In this document: positions 51,777 through 62,139 of the stretch, piece by piece | Layout: each line of letters begins with the position of its first letter | Numbering within the stretch: position 1 is the stretch's first letter | From: Cenococcum geophilum | Lineage: Eukaryota | Direction of reading: 5' to 3' | Length of the DNA stretch: 64,000 bases | Assembly: GCA_050273025.1 (NCBI GenBank) | Contig: CP158635.1 | Coordinates: 15,624,001 to 15,688,000 of the forward strand | Position numbers and translations under genes: made by a program | The notes under the pieces: generated by a model | Database searches by the model: none | What the model saw: the letters and a program-made list of their open reading frames with translations, nothing else | What the model was told of the DNA's origin: nothing

Positions 51777-52049
51777 TACCCTTTACTTTTATAGAGTATA
51801 CCTATAGTAATCTAACCTTAGTATACCAGACGCGTCTTTAGTAAGACTTAAGGGCATCTTTGGAATTTAAAAGCCCGCTCTTATAAACCTAGGTAGGCTT
51901 CTAAACTACCTTATATTTACACCCTAACTTAGTTATTCTTTCCCCTAGAATATTATTAATCTCCAATTTATTATCCAAGTTTATTTTATTAAATTTATCT
52001 TTTTTAGCCTAGGTATAGCGCTTTATAGTAGGCTCTAGGTTTAAAACGT

Positions 52050-55000
52050 CGCTCTAGTTATTGGCAACGCTATTAGGGAATTATTAAGGAATAATATCTA
52101 GTATATATAACCCGTTTTCCTAGCGCCTAAAAGCTACTTAGATTAACTATTCTTCTAAATTAGTATTTAAGGCGGCTCTAAGTATCGCTTTACTATAATT
52201 AGAGTTAGAGGCTAAGTTTAATAGCGGCTTTTAGGTATAAAGGCGATTATATATAGGGGATCCAGCCTAATTATAATAATTGCTACTAAGCGCAGTGCTC
52301 CGGTCAGACGTGTACATAAATAAAATTAAAGGGGAAAGGTAAGACCGCTAAAGATAATACTTCGCAGTACGCTTTAGTTTTAATCTACTACTAACGGGCG
52401 CCAACGATTCTCGTCGCCCTATATACCCGTAAGCCTTATTACTCTTATCGCTATTGCTATTACTATTATCGCCGTCCCTAGCGTTGTCATCATCCGTATT
52501 ACCGCTATCGCCGCTTCTATTGTTGCAGTTCTCGGCCTTACCTTCATCCACAACATTCTCGCCGCCCTTATTATTATTATTATAATTATAGTCTTTAGCC
52601 AAGCCATTAATAAGATTATTAAGATTATCTTATAGCGGTCTAATATTACAGGAAGATAAAGATTACTAAAGTAAAGGGCTAGTAGGCCACGTAGCAGAGG
52701 CCGCTCGCTCCTTAATACAGTTATTACTACCGCTAAGGTTAGGGCTAGGAGGGCTAGGAGGTAAGGTTCTCCAGAAAGCTAGTAATCTTTATTACTTCCT
52801 AGGCCGTAGGCTCTCGCCACCCTCACTAATAGAAGTATTAGAGATATAATTAATATTATCTAGTTACTTAAGTTAATTAAACCTCCGCTTCTTTAACTTC
52901 TTAGCTCTTAAAGACTCTTAACTAGCGCTTACTAATATCCTAAGCTCTTACCTAAACCGCAAAGCGGTTCTAATATAATGCCCCTTAGCTAAATTATCTG
53001 TTTAACTGCTATCTAGCGTTAAAGGTGTAGTATAATTATACATAGGTATATATACCTCCTCTTATAGCACTTCTAATAAAGGCAGCTCTTTATCTTCTTT
53101 ATTATCCTTATTACTACTATTATTCCTATTATCTACTAATTATTAAATAAAGCCATTATAAATTAAAGGAGATACATATACTAAATTTATAGGGCATTAG
53201 TTAGTTATTGGCTTTACTAGCCTTATTAACTTTATTAGCTTTATTATTAGCGTTACTAAATTTATTGCCCTTGGTTTCCAGGTCCGGATCGGCTGTATTA
53301 TCTTTAATAACTATTAGATTTGCTACTAGTCGTTAAAACTATATATTTAAAACTACTAGGAAAGAGGGAGAGTAGTAGGGTAATTATTAGGATAATTACC
53401 TTAACTACTTCCCCTAGAGACTTAACTATTATTTCTATCCCTATCTTCCTTGTTGTCCTTATTATCCTTATAATACTTATTATAAGCTTTCTTATAATTA
53501 TATATACGGTCTATAGGCACTTTATTAGACGGAATCTCTAAATTAAGGCCCTAGGTGGAATAACATGCCATTAAGTGCCTAAGCTTTTAATACTTCTTAA
53601 CTTTTTAGGGGGAAAAGTGGTATTTTATACTTTATCTAAGGTATACTACTTACGCCTTTTTTAGAAGCTGTAGTTATATAATACTAAGACAAAGCTATCG
53701 ATTTTCTAGGGGGACTAATATAGAAATTATTATTATTAAGTAAAATTTTAGGAGGGATATAAAATGAAGATTGAGGTAGTGCCAGCATTATTACCGTTAG
53801 AGTTGCCGTTGCTTTATAGCTTTTAAAAGCCTTAAAGGGGGAATTATAGGTCTTTTTAAGTGCACGCCAGTCCTCTATTCGCCGCTAGCTCTTATCTATC
53901 GCCCTCTACCCCTTACCCCCTGCTTGGGCTTCTTACTAAATTAAAGCACTTAATACGTACGCCTCCGGCATAAGCTAGAGTAAATTACCGTTTATAGGGT
54001 ATAAAGGTTTATAAGGGCTTAAATATCTAGCGCCTAATTAACACCCTTAGTAAATTATAATTAAACTATATCCGCCCGTCTAAGCTAGCATATTTAGCTT
54101 TAATACAGCTATTATATCTAGCCCCTTATTAGGAGGCTAGTAGCGTAAATTCCCCACCTTTATCCCTTAGTAAAGGGTAGCGCTAATATATCTATTTACT
54201 TCCTAACAATACTAGTCCAGCTAATTCTCTACGCCGCTCGTATTAGTAGGAGGTAAAGCCCTACTTATACGTCCGCGTTACGAGCTATCTATAATAAAAG
54301 GAGGTAGTATCCTTATTAGTAGCGGGCGGGGCTCTTTAATACTAACCGCCTAGTAACGGATATGCCTGCCATTTGCACGGTAATTATATATATATCCATA
54401 AATATGCTAGGTAAAAGACTATATAGGGATACTTGCCCTCCTAATGTGGCTAGCTAGTGTCGGAGATTCCTACACAGTTATGCCACTATACTATTAATCT
54501 ATCGTGCGCTTAAAAGCTATAACCTTCTAATTTTAATCCAAGTAGTTCCTACTATAGCCCTATAGCTTAGAAGGCCAGATTATTAATTCTCCGCTTTACT
54601 GCTAAGTAAGGCAGCTAGAGCTAATAGCCCCTTAGCCCTAAACTAGTAGATTAAACGACGTTACTAAAACATCTATAGTAATGCAACTATACTACTAGGA
54701 AGGTATATATAGCAACCTAAGCAATACTCTATATAATGTCCGTTTAAATAATGCCTAATATAGCCCCGCACGGCGTAGTCGCTTAAATTAGTAATCCCTA
54801 GCTACTTTTCTGTTAAGTAGCCTAGTAGGCATATAAGTTATAATGTAGGTAGCTTTAGCTATTAGCAAACGCTAAAGCGGGCTATCTAACTAATAGTGTA
54901 TCCTAGGAGAGAAACGTAGGTTACTAAAATAAGTGCGACGTAAGCTCTTTTAAGCCCTTTAGGGGGCGATACGTATACCTATCCCTCCTAGCTTAGAAGG

Positions 55001-55433
55001 AGATATAGGGCTAAGTTAAATAAGACGATGGTGCTAACGCGGCTAACGCGGCTAATAACTGCGAAATTCCCCTAACCCCCTTCCCATAAGATGGTTGCGG
55101 GCTAGCGTTATTTAGGAGGCCAAAGGAAAAAGAGCGAAAGAAAAGAGGATTATAAAGGTATATACGCGCTCGCTAGACAAGGCCGCGCTAAAAGAGCTTA
55201 ATAATAATTAAAGCTATTGGTAATAGAGGCGTAATTAGAAAACTATAGTCGTCTATATATTAACGTAGAAGAAAGAGTTACCTATTAGAAAGGCCGTAAT
55301 TAACTATATTAATTATTAGTCTAACGCGGGGGAATAAAGGAATAAATAGGCTGGACGTGCATACGTATAAGCGCTAAGGGGACGGCAGAAATGCCTTAAT
55401 GCGACTATATCAGGGATTAGCAGCAAGAAGAGG
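52050..55433 (-). pseudogene. Unknown-family gene, copy B; 5' end interrupted by Copia-2
   Basis: Collinear homology with 11480-14700. Similarity (aagaagagg) runs right up to the LTR start at 55434. Confidence 0.75.
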
Positions 55434-55616
55434 TGTTAGATAATCTGTATTCTCTGGTGGCGTAGACCGTGCACGAGTCACGTGCACGGGGCACCTGCAT
55501 TGTAAATCTCTTTATCGTAGCTCGAGGGCCCTAGATCACAAAATAAACCTCAAGTCAAGATCATCAATCAATCAACCCATTTCATCAATAAATAGCTCTA
55601 TATGAGTTATCTAACA
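55434..55616 (+). repeat. 5' LTR of Copia-2 (183 bp)
   Basis: TGTTAGATAA...TTATCTAACA is a perfect 10-bp terminal inverted repeat. It is followed by PBS-like GTTATAAGCCC. Confidence 0.95.
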
Positions 55617-58600
55617 GTTATAAGCCCGGTCCGCCGACTCAAGAAGCTATTCAGCTATTACTCAATCATTTAAAGAAATTCTACCTCATCGTCAGACTCT
55701 GACCCCTTATCGTCAAGGACGCAGACCCTAATAGAAATTCTACCTTAATCGTCGCAGGACGATCCTGACGACAAAATACCATCTCAATTCCTCCTTTGCC
55801 TATTAGTCAAATGACTCCACTATTAAGTTCATTAACTATAATCATCCTCAATAAGCCAGAAGACTGGGAACAATGGCTATGGCAGCTCCGAGCCCTCGTA
55901 GATCAGCAAATTTGGGCCCACGTTAACCCAGCCATAGAAGCACCTTAAGAAGGTCTACTTGTGAAACCACCTTATCCAAAGGTTATAAATTTTAATAAGA
56001 ATGCAACCTTATATGCACAGCTCTCAACAAATTAATAGAAAGCGTACAAGAATAGCAGACGATACTACGACTAGGATATAAAGTATTTCCTAAGATAGGA
56101 AGATTATCTTTAACAGATCCGCACCCAGATTACGTCTACAGTATTAACTTAGAAGAAGCTACTGCTTGACCCTTCCCTTATAGTTAAGGAATGGCTAACT
56201 CGGTTAAAAGAAGACACTAAGCCCTTAAGGAACTTTATAATAAGGAAGGTATAGCTATAATACACAGATTCGCTTAGGGGTCTTAAGCAGGCAAAAATTA
56301 CCTAATGGCTCAACCGATGGGAGCATGTGATAAAGATGGCTAAGAAGTACGATTTTCCACAGATAACTAACGGGATCTAGCTAATGGACCTTGCGAATGC
56401 AATACGACCTATAAGCGAAACCTATTTCGTTCTGTATATAAAGCAGGCAGATGATACTAAAAAGGCTTACTTATTAGGATACCGCAAAGTAGCAATAGAG
56501 CTATGAGAAGCATTCCAAAACCTTTCCAAAGCCGTACCTACGACGGTAAGAGGGAGTGCATTTGACGTAGACTTTATAGGAGGATCTGAAGAGGATACCT
56601 CCGCTACTAAAGGTCTAAAAGGGAAAAGGAAAAGCTTACCTTGCAGCTAAAAAAGGGCAGGGACAAATTTAATTAAAGAAGAGACGTCTTTTTCTAAAAG
56701 GTCGAAGAACCTTAAATGCCCGGCATGCGATATAAGGGGGCATACTCTTCCTAACTGTTGGTACCTATTTAAGTGTAAAAGGCCTAAGGGATTTAAAGCC
56801 GTAGATATATATATAAAAAGGGTGCTGATAAAGGTAAAGCAGGACAAGGATCTAGCTACCTAAGTAGAATAACTTAAGCTTAAGAAAATAAATGCTGATA
56901 AAGCTTAACAATGACAGGACGAGAGTTAAGAAGTTAAGATTAAGGGAGAAGCTAATGCGATATTCCTAGAATCGTATTACACTGGTTAACTCTATCCACT
57001 AAAGCTATTAACTATTCTTGACTCAGGAACCACTCTCCACATCTTTAATAACCTCTCTCGTTTTTATAATTTTAAGAAAGCTCTAAGACACAAATACGTC
57101 ATCGCAGGTAGCTTAAAAGTCCCTATACTAGGCTACGGCGATGTTACTATCTAAGTTATAAAACCAGATAAGAGCAAGGGAATCCTATGTCTTAAGGACG
57201 TTGCCTTTTATACGGACTTTAATATAAATCTAGTGTCGTTCCGTCTACTTTAAAAATAAGGGTACTACTAGGACAATAAAGGAGATAACAATCTTCTTGT
57301 TCGAAAGGACGATATAATTCTATATTAAATAGAAGAATGTCATAGATAACAGACTATCGAATACGTCTAATTAGGAAACTTGAAATCCGTATTCAATATT
57401 AGCCGTCTAACGCGCCGTTAACGGAAGCGGATATCGTTAAGAGACGTTCGTCCAGATTTAAAAGGTAATGCACAACTATGGCATCTGCGTCTAGGTCATT
57501 TAGGACCTATAAGCCTTTATTATCTAGGTCTTAATGCCCTAGGAGTTAAGCTTTAAGGCCTAAAGACGACGGAATGTTAACATTGCAGTCTCGCCAAAAT
57601 TAAGCGTTAGGTCTTAAGAAGGTTCTTAAAATAGAAAATTAATAAACCCTATCTTAACCTCTATATTAACTGGACTAACCTTAAAGAAGCGTATGCCAGA
57701 TTCGTACAAGTTATACTTATCCACAATACCTTCTTAGGGAGATCCTTCCCGTATTTTATAACGACGTATAGCAAGGAGAAGGAGACACTATAAGTGCTTA
57801 AAGATTTCATTTAATAGATTTGTCTAAGGTATAACCTTAAAGTTAACACTATTAGATTAGACAACGAGCTTAGGAGAAGGAGAACCCTTAAATAGCTACG
57901 GGCCTAAGGGATTATATTTAAGCCTTTGGCGCTATATACCTAAGCACAAAACGGTACCGCCGAACGCTTAGGGGGTGTAATTATTAAGAGAGCACGTGTA
58001 ATAAGAATTGCTGCTAATCTACCACATAATCTATGGAACGAGATAGTTAACTGCGTAGTTTACCTTTGAGATCAAACACCACGGGAAAGCAACGGTTAGA
58101 AATCGCCATATAAGAGGTTCTATACCTTCCTAGCTAATAGAAGATTAAGAAAGCCGCAACTAGCGCACCTAAAAGCCTACGGCTATAGGGCGTACGCGAT
58201 AACGTTAGACACCTAGCTAAAAAAGAAAAGGCTGAGCAAGCTAGATCCGTAAGCCCATATCGGCTACCTCGTTAGCTATAACTCTACTAATATCTACAGG
58301 ATCTGGATCCCATATAAAGGTATCGTCATCTCTATAAGGGACGTTATCTTTAACGAAAAGATATTCTTTAACAGCAAGTAAACGGATATCTTAAAGGACC
58401 TATACGCTAAATTGGACACGCTAATTAAGAAGATTTAACTTCTTAATACCCTAACTAAGAATGAGGTTCTTTTAGAAGATAATAAAGAAGTATTTAAACC
58501 GTCAATTTAAGAGGAAGACAATAACGCTAATGAGCCTATTCGAACCTTTAATAAGTTAGCCGATTTTAAGCTTGTAAGAGCTCTTAAAGATGTATATTAT

Positions 58601-60761
58601 ACGCCACCTCCAATAAAAAAAGACGAAGAATCTCTATATGCCTTCTACGTTAAGTACCCTATAAGGTTAGATATACTAGATTAAGACATTGTCCAACAAA
58701 AAGGAGACGGGTTTAACACTTAGGGGGTGTTCAACGACTCGGTTAAAGACTTATTTAAGGAAGCCTATGATAATAGGTTTAAAGACTTTGTTACCAAAAG
58801 AATTACATTAGCCTATTACGGCGCCTTTTTGGCAGGACGGAAGTTTAACCTTAATAGTTGACTTAATAACAGCAAGCTAAAATTAGGCAGAATACGCAAT
58901 GTCAGATTATATAGGAAGAACTTACCTCCGCCACCTTAGTTAATCCGAGACCTTAATACGCACCCTCTTTGAGATCAGTTCCAAGAGGCTTAACGAGCCT
59001 ACCTCCAATCTCATTATTAAATGAGGTTATTTTAAGAAATAGATAAGAAGCATACAAGGGGATAGCAGGTCCTTAGCTTAATGTAGATCTTTATTTATAA
59101 GACGGATAAGTATGGGTTTCTCTAGAAATGTAAGGCATGTTTAGTAGTCTGCGGAAATTAATAGGCCCCAGGAGACCTACCTACAAGAGCTACTATATTA
59201 GCTAGTACAACCTTCCGAACCCTTATGACGATCACTGCAAAATTTGACCTAGAGACAACACAAATAGATGCAGTTAATGCGTTTGTCCATTGCGATCTCG
59301 ACGAGGTCGTCTATATAAAGCTACCGCTAGGGTTTAATAAAGGAAAGACAGACAAAGTACTGCGCTTAAGAAAGGCCCTTTACGGACTATAACGATCACC
59401 ACTATTATGGCAGAAGAATCTCACGAGCTCGCTAATAGAATTGGGTTTTAAAGAGGTACCCTAGGAGCCGTGTGTTATGCTGAAAGGTAGAATAGTCGTC
59501 TTCTTTTACGTTAATGATATTATCTTCTACTACCGTAAGACAGATAAGAAGAAAGCTTAAGAAGCGATTAAGGAGCTAAGTAAAGAATACCAAATAAGTA
59601 CCCTTGGCGAGCTAAAATGGTTCCTAGGAATCTATATACTACGCGATCGTAGCTAAAGGCTCCTATAGCTATCCTAGGAAGCCTATATTAAGAAGATAGC
59701 TAACTAGTATAAGATAGATCTTATAGGGCGTCTTCTAAATACTCCTATAGCAGAATCTAAACTCCTCCCTACTAATTACCAATCGATCCGTCTAACGCTT
59801 TTGACCCCTAATATAGACCTACTAGTCCGTCCTAAGTCCCTACTAAGAGAAGCAGCTTCTATAATGCTATATTAGAGAAAAATAGGTTTAATACTTTATA
59901 TAGCCACTATAACGCGTCCGGATATTGCTTTCGCAGTATTATAGCTAGTAAGGTTTAATTAGGACCCTAGCCAGGAGCACTATTAAGCGGTAGATAGAGT
60001 TATCCAATACCTATATAGCACGAGGGGCAGAGCAATCTACTACGGAAGAGATACGGAAGGAATAAATAGTAGAGGGAGAGATATAAGCGATAAAGGTCGA
60101 GACGACGGAGACGGTAGAGGTAAAGCGCAATTATTTATCTATGCTAGCAATACATCATTCGCAGATAACTCCGTTAACAGAAAGAGCTTATAAGGATATA
60201 TTATAAAGCTATTTAGGGGACTAATCGCATAGAGAGCGAATAAGCAGGATATAGTGACAACGTTAAGCACAGAAGCCGAGTTATTAGCCCTATCTTAAAC
60301 AGTAAAGGAAGCTATCTTCATTAGCAGGCTATTTAAAGCAATAACGTTACAGCTAAATGAGCCCTTAATTATTAACTGCGATAACACCTAAATACTCCGA
60401 CTAATTATAGAAGACATAGCAAAACTAATCACGAAGCTCCGACACGTTGATATCTATTAATACTAGCTACGTTAGGAATACGTAAGGAGACGAGTACTAT
60501 TTCGATGGACAGTAACGAAGGAGATAATCGCCGATGGACTTACGAAGGCCCTACCCAAGCAGAGGTTTTAAAGCTTCGTTAATATAATCGGGATAGTAGA
60601 TATTAAAGAGCGGCTAAATAAGGAGAAGCAACTAGAGGACCTATGGGAGAAGGTTAGGGTGAGACGGAAGGATTTAAATAAGATTATGGTTTATTTAACG
60701 CATTAACGGACACGAGAAGGTAGTTAGCTTCATCCTTAACCAGGTTGAAGCTAAGGAGGTA

Positions 60762-60799
60762 TATTAGATAATCTGTATTCTCTAGTGGCGTAGACCGTG
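60762..60799 (+). repeat. First 38 bp of the Copia-2 3' LTR
   Basis: TATTAGATAATCTGTATTCTCTAGTGGCGTAGACCGTG matches 55434-55471 with two G>A changes, then identity stops abruptly. Confidence 0.93.
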
Positions 60800-60979
60800 G
60801 TTACAGGTCGGCTAGGCCACGCTAAAAGGTCGGCCTACTATAAGCGCTAATGCACAATCCCTGTACAGGGCAGCCTTAACTCAAAATATAAAGTCATGTG
60901 GTCAACCGAGCCTAAATCGCTTATCCTACCACATAACTTACCTTTTAATTAAAATTAACTATTATAAATAACTAGTTAT

Positions 60980-61240
60980 AATATATTTAGAACATATTTA
61001 GAACATATTTAGAACATATTTAGAATATATTTAATATATATTCTAATTTAAAATACTTCTTTTTAGTAATAATTAAAATAAAAAATTTTAAGCTATAAAA
61101 TAGTATATTAGAGTTAAATATGGCTATAAAAGTAGATTAAGTTCCTAATATATTTTAACCTAGTTCTAAATATATTCTAATTTAGTTCTAATTTAGTTCT
61201 AATTTAGTTTTAATTTAGTTCTAAATATATTCTAATCTAT
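60980..61240. repeat. Opposed arrays of 11-bp repeats (ATATTTAGAAC)n and (GTTCTAATTTA / GTTCTAAATAT)n
   Basis: About 4 direct copies at 60983-61030 and about 6 copies in the inverse orientation at 61160-61235. Confidence 0.85.
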
Positions 61241-62139
61241 TTTTAAATATATCTAATTTAAAGTTCTTTTTATTATATTTATAATTAAAAATTATTTAAG
61301 CTCTTTAGGTACTAAATAAAGTTATATTTATTATATTAATTTAAAAGTATAAATATATATTCTTAGGCTAATAATATTAGTTCTTTTAAATATAAAGGGT
61401 AAAAAATATTATAAATACCCTTAGAATTTATAATGGTTTTTATAAAATATAAGGTCTAATATAAAGAGAGTAAATAACTTTTAATAAAAGTAAAATAGAT
61501 ATTTATAGATATAATATAAATAGGTATAAAACTAGTTTTAAATATGTTTAATATTTAAAAGAGCTATAATCTAAATCTGTATTATATTTTAAGTTATTCT
61601 TTATAAGATTTAAAAAAAAAATTTATATGGTATATTTATATTTTAGTATATATATAGTTTTTAGTTATAATAAAGCAGCTTAAACTACTACCTTAAACAA
61701 TTATACGGCAACTTAGCCGCCGTTTTTGGCGGTTTATAACGCCGTTTTCTAAGGTCAATTTGCCTAAAACCCCCCAAAACCTACGGCTGGTAGCCCGAGC
61801 ACTAAGGTTGTCCGGATTGCCTATATTAGCCTAGCGCAGGTGCAAATAGAGCAAGGCACCCTTGGCCTTTATTAGCGCTAAGGTACCCCTAGGTACGCCA
61901 TATACCTATTACCATTAGGCGCCAAAATAGGCCCCTTTAAATTTGGCTGGCTAGTATACTTAAGATAGCTTCGCCCTTACTTATTAACCATAAATAGCTA
62001 CCTATCTTCTCTTCTCCCGCTAGACCTGCCTGTTCTACTTACCGTCTACCTCGCTCGTCTTTAAGCATTTATTAATAGCAGCATTACACTAACCCTCCTT
62101 TCTTTAATAGATTCGCCGATAATAATATAATATATAACA

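Larger units (their letters stand above)
55434..60799 (+). mobile_element. Ty1/Copia LTR retrotransposon (a different family from Copia-1), 3' LTR truncated
   Basis: 5' LTR 55434-55616. Protease ILDSGTTLHIFN at ~57014. LWHLRLGHLG at ~57476. Integrase AQNGTAERLGG at ~57944. RT QIDAVNAFVH and LRKALYGL*RSPLLW at 59260-59410. RNase H STEAELLAL and KLRHVDI at 60266-60455. Purine tract, then a partial LTR at 60762-60799. Confidence 0.95.

Noticed and set aside
52348..53541. Short ORFs 52348-52602, 52419-52607 and 53320-53541 as independent genes
   Set aside because: They are fragments, alternative frames or antisense of the acidic tracts of paralogue B.
56647..56847. 66-aa minus-strand ORF
   Set aside because: Antisense to the Copia-2 gag zinc-knuckle region.
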